Shown: positions 8,916 to 18,364, numbered from the stretch's first letter. The stretch is 64,000 nt of DNA from an uncultured Actinomycetes bacterium (GCA_963750045.1 CAVVPD010000002.1:423257-487256), one strand, 5' to 3'. Notes: generated by a model not told the origin, from the letters alone. Translations and numbers: made by a program.

Positions 8916-10033
8916 CCCAGCTGCGCCTCGCGCTGGCGCGTGGTGGAGTGCACCGGATCCTGGTCGAACTCCGGCAACACGAACGTGCCGAAGGTCTCCA
9001 CCGACTCGACGGCGGCGTCGAAGGGCGTGTCGTCGGACAGCGACCCGAACGAGACCTGGTCGGCCCCGATCGCCTCGTACTTCCGCATGGTGTTGATCGC
9101 CTCCTCGGGGGTGCCGACCGCGACCGCGCCGGCCCGGATCGCCGCGTTCACCTGCTCGAGGGGCATCGGCGGCGCGAGCTTGGGTGTCTTGTCGATGCCG
9201 GCGGCCTGGGGGAAGCTGTCGAGGTACTTGGCGACCAACGACGTGTGGTAGCCGGTCTGGTTGTGACGGAAGACCTCACGCGCGCGGTCGCCGTCTTCCA
9301 GCGTCATCATCGCGGTCGTGACCATCACGTTGTTGTTCACGTACCCGCCGACCGGATCGGCGTCTTCGATCGTGGTCTTGTAGATGTCGATCAGCGGCTT
9401 GAGCGCTTCCGTGCCGGCGAAGCTGAAGCACAACACGCCGATGCCCATGCGCGCCGCCTTCTCGAAGGTGCCCGGTGATCCGGCCGCGACCCAGATCGGC
9501 GGGTGCGGCACCGTGACCGGCTTCGGCAACACCTGCCGGCGCGGCAGCGAGAAGTACGCCCCGTCGTAGGGCCCGTATTCGTCCGGCCCCATCATCTTGA
9601 TGATCTCCGGGAGCGCCTCGTCGTACATGTCGCGCGTCGTGTCCATGGAGTCGATGCCAAACCCGAGCACCTCGGTCGACGACGACCCGCGACCGGTGCC
9701 GAACTCGAACCGCCCGGGCGCGAGCTGGTCGAGCATCGCGACCTTCTCGGCAACGCGCGCCGGATGGCAGACCGGCGGCGTGATGTTGATGATCCCGGAA
9801 CCGATGTGGATGTTGTCCGTGATGGCCAGCGCGTACGCCATCCAGGCCTCGTTGGCCGACAGGTGCGAGTACTCGTCGAGGAAGTGGTGCTCGGTGACCC
9901 AGATGTACTTGAAGCCGGACCGGTCGGCAGCCTGTACGACGTCGAGCTCGGCGCGCAGGACGTCTTGCTCGGTCTCTCCCTTCGCCCGGCGGTGCTCCGG
10001 GTGGTACATGCCGACGAACACACCGAATTCCAT
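8912..10033 (-). CDS. Luciferase-like monooxygenase (LLM) class flavin/F420-dependent oxidoreductase
   Basis: ORF 8912..10033 (373 aa): MEFGVFVGMYHP..GFKYIWVTEHHFLDEYSHLS..GRFEFGTGRGSS.. This is the bacterial-luciferase TIM-barrel family. Confidence 0.9.
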   Translation of the reverse strand: MEFGVFVGMYHPEHRRAKGETEQDVLRAELDVVQAADRSGFKYIWVTEHHFLDEYSHLSANEAWMAYALAITDNIHIGSGIINITPPVCHPARVAEKVAMLDQLAPGRFEFGTGRGSSSTEVLGFGIDSMDTTRDMYDEALPEIIKMMGPDEYGPYDGAYFSLPRRQVLPKPVTVPHPPIWVAAGSPGTFEKAARMGIGVLCFSFAGTEALKPLIDIYKTTIEDADPVGGYVNNNVMVTTAMMTLEDGDRAREVFRHNQTGYHTSLVAKYLDSFPQAAGIDKTPKLAPPMPLEQVNAAIRAGAVAVGTPEEAINTMRKYEAIGADQVSFGSLSDDTPFDAAVESVETFGTFVLPEFDQDPVHSTTRQREAQLG

Positions 10034-10061
10034 GTCTGGCTCCCTCTGGACCGAGGTCCGG

Positions 10062-10832
10062 TCACGGATGCTGGTTTGACACGGACACGACTTCTCCGGT
10101 CATGTAGCCGGAGTAGTCGGACGCGAGGAACACGACCACGTTGGCGACCTCCCACGGCTCGGCGGGTCGGCCGAACGCCTCGCGGGCGGAGAGCTCCTCG
10201 AGCAGCTCGTCGGTCGTGACCTTGGCCAGGTTCGCGTGCATCGCCAGGCTGGGCGACACCGCGTTCACGCGCACCCCGTGGGGCGCGGCTTCGATCGCCG
10301 CGCACCGGGTGAGCGCCATGACGCCGGCCTTCGCCGCCGCGTAGTGCGCCTGCCCCGCCTGCGCGCGCCAGCCGATGACCGACGCGTTGTTGACGATCAC
10401 GCCCCGGCCGTTGGCGTACATGTGGTTGAGCGCGGCCCGTGAGCAGCGGAACGTGCCGTTGAGGGTGACGTCCAGGACGAGCCCCCATTGGTCGTCGGTC
10501 ATCTCGTGCAGCTCGGCCGTGCCGCCCAGCCCGGCGTTGTTCACCAGCACGTCGATACCGCCCAGCTCGGCCGCGGCCGCCGCGAACAGCGCCTGCACGG
10601 TCGCCTCGTCGGTGACGTCGCACGGGATCCCGGGCACGCCGAGCTGCTCGGCCGATTCCGCGAGCCGGCGCTCGTGCTTGTCGGAGATGACGACGCGCGC
10701 TCCCTCCTCCACGCACCGCCGCGCGACCGAGAAGCCGATGCCGGTGCCGGCGGCGGCGGTGACGAGCACGGTCTTGCCGGTGAGCAGGCCGTGGCCCTCC
10801 ACGTAGGGCGGGACGTTCGTCGACTCGGGCAC
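10062..10832 (-). CDS. Short-chain dehydrogenase/reductase (SDR)
   Basis: ORF 10062..10832 (256 aa), GTG start with GGAGGA 5 nt upstream. ..GKTVLVTAAAGTGIGFS..LVNNAGLGG..AGQAHYAAAKAGV.. Confidence 0.9.
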   Translation of the reverse strand: MPESTNVPPYVEGHGLLTGKTVLVTAAAGTGIGFSVARRCVEEGARVVISDKHERRLAESAEQLGVPGIPCDVTDEATVQALFAAAAAELGGIDVLVNNAGLGGTAELHEMTDDQWGLVLDVTLNGTFRCSRAALNHMYANGRGVIVNNASVIGWRAQAGQAHYAAAKAGVMALTRCAAIEAAPHGVRVNAVSPSLAMHANLAKVTTDELLEELSAREAFGRPAEPWEVANVVVFLASDYSGYMTGEVVSVSNQHP

Positions 10833-10845
10833 GGGGATCCTCCGG

Positions 10846-11484
10846 TCAGGCGCCGCTGGTGGTCGTGGGCGCGGCCAGCGCGCCGACGGCCATGTCGACG
10901 AGGTTCACCACGAACGCGTCGTGGTCGAGGGCGGGTGGGAGCGATTCGGGACCGTCGAGCAGGCGCGCCCGCACGGCCAGTGACTCGGCGACCAGGCCGA
11001 GCAGCGTGGTGATGCGCTCGTGGCGGAGAGCGGGCGAGAGGTGTGGGAGGCACTCGCCCATGGCACGGAACATTCGTTGCGTCTCGGTGAGGCCGGTCGG
11101 GAGCTCGATGTCCCAGAAGTCGAACAACATTGAGAGCTGGGAGATGAGCCGGCAGTACTCGCGGCCGTCCGCGGTGTCGAGCTCACGGCTGAACGGGAAG
11201 ACCAGCGCTTCGACGAGCGAGCGGAGATCGGCGATCCGGCCGTCCACCTCCATCTCGACGAGCAGCGCGTGCCTCTCGGACTGGATGCGGTCGTCGTGGC
11301 GCACGATGATCGCGTGCAGCAGTCGGTCGCGACCGCCGAAGTGGTAGTGCAACGCCGACGCGTTCCGCTGCCCGGCCTGCTCCACGATGCGCTTGAGCGG
11401 GACCTGGTAGATGCCTTCGCGCGCGAACAGACGTTGCGCGGTGGCGAGCAGCTGTTCGCGGGTATCGGTTGCGTCGCGAGCCAT
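10846..11484 (-). CDS. TetR/AcrR-family transcriptional regulator
   Basis: ORF 10846..11484 (212 aa). N-terminal HTH: ..TREQLLATAQRLFAREGIYQVPLKRIVEQAGQRNASALHYHFGGRDRLL.. Confidence 0.9.
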   Translation of the reverse strand: MARDATDTREQLLATAQRLFAREGIYQVPLKRIVEQAGQRNASALHYHFGGRDRLLHAIIVRHDDRIQSERHALLVEMEVDGRIADLRSLVEALVFPFSRELDTADGREYCRLISQLSMLFDFWDIELPTGLTETQRMFRAMGECLPHLSPALRHERITTLLGLVAESLAVRARLLDGPESLPPALDHDAFVVNLVDMAVGALAAPTTTSGA

Positions 11485-11511
11485 GGGAGGCTCACCAGGG
11501 TAGGCGGGGCC

Positions 11512-12717
11512 TCAGCGCGTGAACGCGGGGCTGACCGAGTCGGCGGGGACCTGGTCGAGCGGCACCGCGATCTCCGCGGGAGTGGGACCGACGTTCGCCG
11601 CGAGCGCGTCCAGCTTCACGAGATCGAAGTCGTACACCGCGGCGAGGTTCTCGGAGAACACCATGCGGAGGTCGGCTTCGGGCATCGTCGAGAAGGACCG
11701 GCGGAGGCTCTCCCGCGTGTACGGGTACGTGCCTTCCTTGTGTGGGTAGTCGCTCCCCCACATGAACCGGTCGAGGGCGATGCTCTCGAGGACGCCGACC
11801 TCGGTCGGGCTCGGGAAGCTCGCGCCCAACCAGCAGTTCGTCGCGAAGTACTCGCTGGGCAGCCGCGGGAGCATGTTGGCGACGTCGAACCGGAGCTCGC
11901 CGATGCGGCCGGTCGCGGTCATCTCCCTGTGGAAGCCGTCGAGCTGCTTCAACGTCGACGGGATCCAGGTCGCGCCCTGCTCGGTGAGGACGAACTTCAG
12001 CCCCGGGAACCGCTCGAACACGCCGCTGACGAGCATGTGCACGAGGGTCCGGTGGGTGAAGAACGGGATCTCGGTGAGCATGACGAAGGGCGTCGCGAGG
12101 TGCTTGCCGTAGTCGGGTTGGCCGCTGCCCGAGTGGCTGTTGATCACGACACCGAGCTCCTCGCACACCGCCCAGAGCGGGTCGTACTTCTCGGAGTAGA
12201 CGGGGTCGATGTGCTTGGCGTCCGGCGGCACCGCGGGAATCAGGATCCCGCCGCGGAGGTCGTGCTCCTTGATCCAGCGGACGTCGGCGATCGCCTCGTC
12301 GACGTCGTTGAGGAAGATCTGGCCGATGCCGGCACGGCGCTCCGGGTACTCGCCGCACCAATCGGCGAGCCAGCGGTTGTGCGCGCGGATCCCGGCGAGG
12401 CGAAGCTCGAAGTCCTCGGGGGAAGGCGGCCACGCGAGCAGCGCCATGCTCGGGAAGAACGGTGGCACCGTGTTCGGGAACACCACCTCGCCGACGATGC
12501 CGTCGTCCTCGAGCTCTGCGATGCGCCGCTCGCTGTTCCAGTTGCGATCGCGGTCGCCGCCCTGGAGGTCGCGGAACGGGTTCTTGTACTTCGCCCGCCA
12601 CGCGTCGAAGTCGTCGAGGTACTTCGGTTCGAGGTAGGTGCGGTACGTGTCGTGGCTGGCGCCGGCGTGACAGTCCGACGAGATGAGCGTGTAGGGCGTG
12701 GCTGGGGTGGTGGTCAT
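11512..12717 (-). CDS. Amidohydrolase_2-family metal-dependent hydrolase/decarboxylase (ACMSD/LigW-like)
   Basis: ORF 11512..12717 (401 aa): ..YTLISSDCHAGAS..INSHSGSG..MWGSDYPHKEGTYP.. The start overlaps the upstream stop (ATGA). Confidence 0.85.
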   Translation of the reverse strand: MTTTPATPYTLISSDCHAGASHDTYRTYLEPKYLDDFDAWRAKYKNPFRDLQGGDRDRNWNSERRIAELEDDGIVGEVVFPNTVPPFFPSMALLAWPPSPEDFELRLAGIRAHNRWLADWCGEYPERRAGIGQIFLNDVDEAIADVRWIKEHDLRGGILIPAVPPDAKHIDPVYSEKYDPLWAVCEELGVVINSHSGSGQPDYGKHLATPFVMLTEIPFFTHRTLVHMLVSGVFERFPGLKFVLTEQGATWIPSTLKQLDGFHREMTATGRIGELRFDVANMLPRLPSEYFATNCWLGASFPSPTEVGVLESIALDRFMWGSDYPHKEGTYPYTRESLRRSFSTMPEADLRMVFSENLAAVYDFDLVKLDALAANVGPTPAEIAVPLDQVPADSVSPAFTR

Positions 12718-13154
12718 GACTTCTTTCCCGGAAAGATGCGCATGTAGACCTTCTCTTCGACGCGTTCCTTGATGCGCCAGCCGCCCGGCGTGCGGACGAG
12801 CTCGTCGACGTACCAGAGCCCGCAGAACATCAGGTCGGGATCGTCGCCCTCACCCATCGCCATCGGGTTGTGGCACTGGGTCTTGGTCTCGGCGGTGTCA
12901 CCGTTGATCGTGATCGTCGTCCCCGACACCATGTGCTGCAGCGCCGGGAACATGTGCATCGTCTCGGCCAGGAACTTCTTGGTGCTCGCCAGGTCGCCGA
13001 CGCTGCCACCGAACACCGAGTAGTCGATGTGCGCGTCGGGGGTGAAGACGTCGTCGAGCGCGTCCCAATTCCGCGTGTCGATCGCGTAGCTGTACGAGAC
13101 CATCAGGTCCTGGATCTCCATGCGGTCGGAGATCTCCTGCAGCGACATGGTCAT
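12714..13154 (-). CDS. SnoaL-like / NTF2-fold protein
   Basis: Last 146 codons of ORF 12714..13457, starting at ATG 13154: MTMSLQEISDRMEIQDLMVSYSYAIDTRNWDALDDVFTPDAHIDYS.. Confidence 0.85.
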   Translation of the reverse strand: MTMSLQEISDRMEIQDLMVSYSYAIDTRNWDALDDVFTPDAHIDYSVFGGSVGDLASTKKFLAETMHMFPALQHMVSGTTITINGDTAETKTQCHNPMAMGEGDDPDLMFCGLWYVDELVRTPGGWRIKERVEEKVYMRIFPGKKS

Positions 13155-13165
13155 GGTCTTCCCCC

Positions 13166-14314
13166 TCAGAAGGGCGACGGCGACGACGACAGCACCGCCA
13201 TCGCGAAGTATTGCGCCATTGCACCGTAGGCGTGACCGAGCGAGATCTCGGCGCCCTCGATCTGGTGCTCGCCCGCCTTCCCCCGGACCTGCAGCGCGGC
13301 CTCGGCGAAGCGGATCATGCCCGAGGCGCCGATGGGGTTGCTGGAGAGCACGCCCCCCGACGGGTTCACCGGGAACGAGCCGGTCATCGCGGTGGTGCCG
13401 TCGTCGGTCATCTTCCAGCCCTCCCCCGGCATGGCGAGATCGTGACCCTCGAGCCACATCGGCTCGTACCAGCTGAACGGCACGTAGAGCTCGGCGACGT
13501 CGATCTGCTCACGGGGGTTCGTGATGCCGGCCGCCCGGTAGACGGCCTGGCCGCAGTCCACGCCGGCCTGCGGGCGGACGGTGTCGCGCCCGGGGAACTG
13601 CCCGAGCTCGGACCGCATCGCGGTGCCGAGCACCCACGCGGGCGACGCGTGCTTGCTCGCGGTGTCGTGATCGGCGAGGACGACCGCGCAGGCGCCGTCC
13701 GACGACGGGCACGACTCCAGGAAGTGGATCGGGTCCCACAGCATCATCGAGTCGCGCACCTTCTCGATCGTGATGTCGGGGAGCTTCAGGTGCGCGTACG
13801 GGTTCTTCAGCGCGTTGAGGCGGTCCTTGACCGCGACCTGCCACCCGATGTGCTCGGGCGCACCGGAGCGGCTGATGTAGGCGCGCACCCACGGCGCGAA
13901 GATCCCGCCTGCGCCCATGCTGCCGCTCTTGCCGCCGCCGAGGCCCCACTGCGCGTTGCCCTCGGCCTGCTTCTCCCACGCGACCGCGAGCACCCGCTGG
14001 TACTTGCCGCCGCGCACCGCGTCGCTCGCGACGATCGCGGTCGAGCACCCGACGCTCCCCGCGGTGTGCACGCGCAGCATGGGCTTCCCCGCCGCGCCCA
14101 GCGCGTCGGCGAGGAACAGCTCGGGCTGCATCACACCTTCGAAGATGTCGGGCGCCTTGCCCATGACCAGCGCGTCGATGTCACCCCAGTCGAGACCCGC
14201 GTCGTCGAGCGCGCGGATCGCGGCCTCGCGCACGAGGCCCGGGATGGAGACGTCGGTGCGCGCCTTGGAGTACTTCGTCTGGCCGATGCCGATGACGCCG
14301 GGGGGCTGACTCAT
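13166..14314 (-). CDS. Thiolase-fold protein, non-specific lipid-transfer (SCP-x/Ltp) type
   Basis: Last 382 codons of ORF 13166..15022, starting at ATG 14314 (ATGA overlap): MSQPPGVIGIGQTKYSK..RVHTAGSVGCSTAI..VNPSGGVLSSNPIGASG.. Confidence 0.88.
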   Translation of the reverse strand: MSQPPGVIGIGQTKYSKARTDVSIPGLVREAAIRALDDAGLDWGDIDALVMGKAPDIFEGVMQPELFLADALGAAGKPMLRVHTAGSVGCSTAIVASDAVRGGKYQRVLAVAWEKQAEGNAQWGLGGGKSGSMGAGGIFAPWVRAYISRSGAPEHIGWQVAVKDRLNALKNPYAHLKLPDITIEKVRDSMMLWDPIHFLESCPSSDGACAVVLADHDTASKHASPAWVLGTAMRSELGQFPGRDTVRPQAGVDCGQAVYRAAGITNPREQIDVAELYVPFSWYEPMWLEGHDLAMPGEGWKMTDDGTTAMTGSFPVNPSGGVLSSNPIGASGMIRFAEAALQVRGKAGEHQIEGAEISLGHAYGAMAQYFAMAVLSSSPSPF

Positions 14315-15369
14315 GAAGGTGATCCCTCCAGGATGCACACGAGGTTCTGTTGGAGTGCCTGACCGGAGGTGGCGTGGGCGAGGACGCGGTCCCTGCCCTG
14401 CTCGGTCACCTGACGGGCGGCCTCGATCATGCGGACCAGGCCGGTGACCATCACCGGGTTGGCGGCGAGCGCACCGCCCGACGGGTTCACCGCGACCGAG
14501 TCGGCGAGGCCGAGCGCCCGGCGCAGCACGATCTCCTGCGGACCGAACGGGGCCGAGAGCTCGGCGACCTCGACCGGCGCCCGGTCGATTCCCGCGCCTT
14601 TGGCCGCCAGCGTGGAGGAGGGCGACTCGGTCAGGTCGCGCATCCCGGGCTGGTGGATGTCGATCCGGTGGTCGATGCCGGTGATCCACGCCGGCCGCTC
14701 GACGAGGGACGCCGCCCGGTCGCCCGCCGCCAACACGACGGCGGCGGCGCCGTCGGAGATCGGCGGCAGGTCGTGACGCCGGAGCGGGTTGCGGACGTAC
14801 GGCGCCGCGAGCAACGCGTCCGCGTCGAACGTACCGCTCACCTGCGCGTACTCGTTGTCGACCGCGTTGGCGCGGTTGCGCACCACGACGTTCGCGAAGT
14901 CGCGCTCGGTCGCGAGGTCGGCGTCGAGCAACGCGCGGGCCTGCAGCGCGGCGAGCGACGACGGATCGAGGCCGAGCGGCGCGAGGTGGTACGGGTCGAG
15001 CTGCAGCGGCCAGATCTCCCACGGCTTGCCCGGCGACGAGCGGCCGTGGCAGTACACCAGCACGAGGTCGATGTCACCCTCCTGCAGGCGCGTCCACCCC
15101 TCGTACATCGCCCACGCGCCGTCCATCTCGACGTGCGACTCCGAGATCGGCGGCCAGGCGCCGATGGCCTCGATGGTCTGCACGAAGGCGAAGGCCTGGC
15201 CGGCGAGGTAGTCACAGCTCCCCGACACCGTGAACCCGATGTCGTGACGGTCGACGCCGGCGGCCCGCAGGGCCTGCTGCGTGACGTCGAGCACCATCTG
15301 GGTCTCGGTGATCTCGGCGCAGCGCACCGACGGGACCTGCCCGTAGCCGACGATCGCGACGTCCACCAC
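14311..15369 (-). CDS. Thiolase-fold protein (Ltp-type, probable partner chain)
   Basis: GTG at 15369: VVDVAIVGYGQVPSVR..DYLAGQAFAF..VNPSGGALAANPVMVTGLVRMIEAARQV.. It is translationally coupled to 13166..14314. Confidence 0.85.
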   Translation of the reverse strand: MVDVAIVGYGQVPSVRCAEITETQMVLDVTQQALRAAGVDRHDIGFTVSGSCDYLAGQAFAFVQTIEAIGAWPPISESHVEMDGAWAMYEGWTRLQEGDIDLVLVYCHGRSSPGKPWEIWPLQLDPYHLAPLGLDPSSLAALQARALLDADLATERDFANVVVRNRANAVDNEYAQVSGTFDADALLAAPYVRNPLRRHDLPPISDGAAAVVLAAGDRAASLVERPAWITGIDHRIDIHQPGMRDLTESPSSTLAAKGAGIDRAPVEVAELSAPFGPQEIVLRRALGLADSVAVNPSGGALAANPVMVTGLVRMIEAARQVTEQGRDRVLAHATSGQALQQNLVCILEGSPS

Positions 15370-15371
15370 GA

Positions 15372-15917
15372 CTAGAACCCCTTCCCGGCGAGCGCGCTGA
15401 CGTCGACGTCGGGTTCGCCCGTGGGCATCCACCCTTCGATGCCGCCGCCGGTGCTGCTCCAACCGCCGGCGCCGAGCTCGTCGAGGTTGCGCTCGGCGAC
15501 CGGGCGCCAGACCGCCGACACGCGCATGCCGACGCGCACGTCGCCGACCGGGACCTCCAGCAGGTCCTGCAGCTGCAGCGTGCCGCCGGGACCGTCGAGC
15601 TGGATCGAGACCCGCGCGAACGGCTCGGTCTCCTCCTGCCCCGGGTACTGCACGGGGGTGACGACGGTGAAGTTGACGATGACCCCGCGGTCACCGAGCT
15701 CGACGTCGTCGTCCGTCGAGAGCCCGATCACGTCGATCGGGCAGAAGTCGCGGGGTGGCACGTAGACCAGCCCGCAGTCGCCGGTGCAGCGCTGGCCGAG
15801 GATGCGACCGTCGATCAAGGCCTCGCCGTAGCGGATGCTGGCCGGGGGCGCCGGCGACTCGTAGTGCAGCGCGACCGGGAACGGCATGATCCGGGGCGCG
15901 TCGGCCACGTCACTCAT
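15372..15917 (-). CDS. DUF35-type OB-fold/zinc-ribbon protein (thiolase-associated)
   Basis: Last 181 codons of ORF 15372..16649, starting at ATG 15917. ..IDGRILGQRCTGDCGLVYVPPRDFCPID.. is followed by OB-like ..FARVSIQLDGPGG..GMRVSAVWRP.. Confidence 0.8.
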   Translation of the reverse strand: MSDVADAPRIMPFPVALHYESPAPPASIRYGEALIDGRILGQRCTGDCGLVYVPPRDFCPIDVIGLSTDDDVELGDRGVIVNFTVVTPVQYPGQEETEPFARVSIQLDGPGGTLQLQDLLEVPVGDVRVGMRVSAVWRPVAERNLDELGAGGWSSTGGGIEGWMPTGEPDVDVSALAGKGF

Positions 15918-16345
15918 CCGATCACCTCGTAGCACTCGATGTCGGTCACGTAGCCGGTGCGCTCGGCCCGCCAGCGGGGCCGGACCCGGGCACCGGTCCG
16001 CACCGCGGACTCGGGGCCGTCGACCACGTGGACCATTGCGGTGTCGGCGCCGTCGAGTCGGATGAGCGCGAACGCGAACGGGCGGTCGAGCGGGTGGTTG
16101 GGGTTGGGCTCGTCGACCCACGTCCACGACGTGACGATGCCCTCGGGGCCGACCTCGACCAGCTCGGTCTCGGCCGCGTGGCCGGTCGCCGGGTCGTACT
16201 CGAGCGGCGGGGACAACGTCTTCCCGCCTGCGCGCGAGGCGAGGACGCGACCATCCTGCAGACCGTCGAGGTACGCGCCGATCAGCGGACCGACGCTGCG
16301 CGTGTACGGGAACTCGAGATCGATCTTCACGAGCGGGACGGGCAT
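15914..16345 (-). CDS. DUF35-type OB-fold protein (no Cys ribbon)
   Basis: ORF 15914..16345 (143 aa): ..RVLASRAGGKTLSPPLEYDPATG..FAFALIRLDGADTAMVHVV..GARVRPRWR.. ATGA overlap with the next gene. Confidence 0.8.
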   Translation of the reverse strand: MPVPLVKIDLEFPYTRSVGPLIGAYLDGLQDGRVLASRAGGKTLSPPLEYDPATGHAAETELVEVGPEGIVTSWTWVDEPNPNHPLDRPFAFALIRLDGADTAMVHVVDGPESAVRTGARVRPRWRAERTGYVTDIECYEVIG

Positions 16346-16389
16346 GGAGACTCCCGGGTGGGCGATTACTTGACCGTGGTAAGCAACCT

Positions 16390-17403
16390 ATGAGATCGCC
16401 CGACGGCCACGCAAAGCGCCGCGCGGACGCGCCCGGTACGGTGACCGCCGTGCCATTGGACCCCGAGCTCGACGCGCTGCTGCAGGCGGCGCCACCCTTC
16501 GATCCCGACCAACTCGGCACCATCCCCGTCGCGGAGTACCGCGAGCTCATGAAGCAGGGCATCCTGGCGATGGGACCCTCGCCGGAGGTGGTGGCCTCGG
16601 TCGTCGACACCGCCATGCCGGGCCCGGGCGGCGACCTCCCGCTGCGCATCTACACGCCCGAGGCCGACGGACCGCCCAAAGATGCGGCGACGGGCATCGC
16701 AGTGTTCTTCCACGGCAGCGGCTTCGTGATCTGCGACCTCGACACCCACGACCACGAGTGCCGCGTGCTGGCCAACCGCGCCGGGGTGATCGTCGTGAGC
16801 GTCGACTACCGACTGGCTCCCGAGCACCGGTTCCCCGCCGCGGTCGACGACGGCGTCGCCGCGCTCGCGTGGGTCGCCGACCACGCCCCCGAGCTGGGGG
16901 GCGACCCCACCCGGATCGCGCTGGTCGGCGACAGCGCCGGAGGCAACATCGCCACCGTCGTCGCCCGGCGCGCGGTAGCCGCCGGTGGCCCGCCGGTGGC
17001 GTTCCAGATGCTCGTGTACCCGGTGACCGACCTGCGCGGCGACACCCCGTCGTTCGTCGAGAACGCGTCGGGGTACGGCCTCTCGGCCGAGACCATGCGC
17101 TGGTACGTCGAGCAGTACGTTCGCGACGCCGACGACGTGATCGATCCTGACGCCAGCCCGCTGCTCACACCCTCGCTCGGGGGCCTCCCACCCGCGTTCG
17201 TCGCGGTGTGCGAGTACGACCCGTTGCGCGACGAGGGCAAGCAGTACGCCCACCGCATGCGCGACGCCGGTGTCGACGTCACCCTGCGGCGTTACGACGG
17301 CGGGATCCACGGCATCTTCCAGATGTCCCGGTTCACGCAGATCGGCGCGCGGATGCTCGACGACTGCGTCGACGCGCTCCACGCCGCCATCGGTACTTCC
17401 TGA
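16390..17403 (+). CDS. Alpha/beta-hydrolase esterase/lipase, hormone-sensitive-lipase family (family IV)
   Basis: ORF 16390..17403 has an HGSGF oxyanion motif, a GDSAGG nucleophile elbow, DPLRD and GGIHG. In-frame GTGs at 16441/16450 are alternative starts. Confidence 0.88.
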   Translation: MRSPDGHAKRRADAPGTVTAVPLDPELDALLQAAPPFDPDQLGTIPVAEYRELMKQGILAMGPSPEVVASVVDTAMPGPGGDLPLRIYTPEADGPPKDAATGIAVFFHGSGFVICDLDTHDHECRVLANRAGVIVVSVDYRLAPEHRFPAAVDDGVAALAWVADHAPELGGDPTRIALVGDSAGGNIATVVARRAVAAGGPPVAFQMLVYPVTDLRGDTPSFVENASGYGLSAETMRWYVEQYVRDADDVIDPDASPLLTPSLGGLPPAFVAVCEYDPLRDEGKQYAHRMRDAGVDVTLRRYDGGIHGIFQMSRFTQIGARMLDDCVDALHAAIGTS

Positions 17404-17413
17404 AGGGAACGTC

Positions 17414-18364
17414 ATGCCCGTCGATCCCCGCCTCCAGCCCATCCTCGACGCGTCGGCCGGGGCCGCGCCGCCCGACCCGTCGCTCACCGTCGCCGAGAAG
17501 CGCGAAGGTGCGCACGCGGCGATGGCCACGGGCTTCCTCGCGTTCGCCGAACCGGGGCCCGACCCCGCCTCCACGGTGGACCGCACGGTGCCCGTCGACG
17601 GCGGCGAGATCACCGTGCGCGTGTACACGCCGCACGGCAACGGCCCGTTCCCCGCCCACCTCTACCTGCACGGCGGCGGCTTCTGGATCGGCGCCCTCGA
17701 CCACTTCGACTCGTCGTGCCGGGCCACCGTGGCTGGCGCCGGGTGCGTCGTCGTGTCGGTCGACTACCGGCTGGCACCGGAGTACACGTTCCCGACCGCG
17801 CCCGAGGACTGCTACGCGGCGTTGCGGTGGCTGATCGACCATGCGGCCGAGCTGGACATCGACACCTCGCGCGTGTCGGTCGGCGGCGGCAGCGCAGGAG
17901 GCAACCTGTCGGCAGTGGTCGCGTTGATGGCGCGCGATCGAGGGAGTCGTCCCGCGCTGGTGTTCCAGGTGCTCGAGATACCGGTGACCGACCTGACCAT
18001 GAGCCAGCCGTCGGTCGAGGCGAACGCCGAGGGCTACGTGCTGACCAAGGACGCCATGCGGCAGTACACCGCGTACTACCTCGGCGAAGACGGCGATCCG
18101 ACCGATCCGTACGCCTCACCGCTGCTGGCCGACGACCTCAGCGTCCTGCCCCCGGCGTTGGTGATGACCGCCGAGTTCGATCCGCTGCGCGACGAGGGCG
18201 AGGCCTACGGCCGGCGTCTCCAGGACGCCGGCGTCCCCACGACCATCCGGCGGTGGGACGGGCAGTTCCACGGCTCCCAGAACTTCGCCAAGCTCATCCC
18301 CGACGCCGCGGCCGAGTACCGCGACATGGTGAATGCCGCGCTGCGCGACGCCTACGGCACCTGA
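17414..18364 (+). CDS. Alpha/beta-hydrolase esterase/lipase, family IV (tandem paralogue)
   Basis: ATG 17414, 10 nt after the upstream stop: MPVDPRLQPILD.. with HGGGF, GGSAGG, DPLRD and GQFHG. The ORF-track start 17270 overlaps the upstream gene. Confidence 0.88.
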   Translation: MPVDPRLQPILDASAGAAPPDPSLTVAEKREGAHAAMATGFLAFAEPGPDPASTVDRTVPVDGGEITVRVYTPHGNGPFPAHLYLHGGGFWIGALDHFDSSCRATVAGAGCVVVSVDYRLAPEYTFPTAPEDCYAALRWLIDHAAELDIDTSRVSVGGGSAGGNLSAVVALMARDRGSRPALVFQVLEIPVTDLTMSQPSVEANAEGYVLTKDAMRQYTAYYLGEDGDPTDPYASPLLADDLSVLPPALVMTAEFDPLRDEGEAYGRRLQDAGVPTTIRRWDGQFHGSQNFAKLIPDAAAEYRDMVNAALRDAYGT

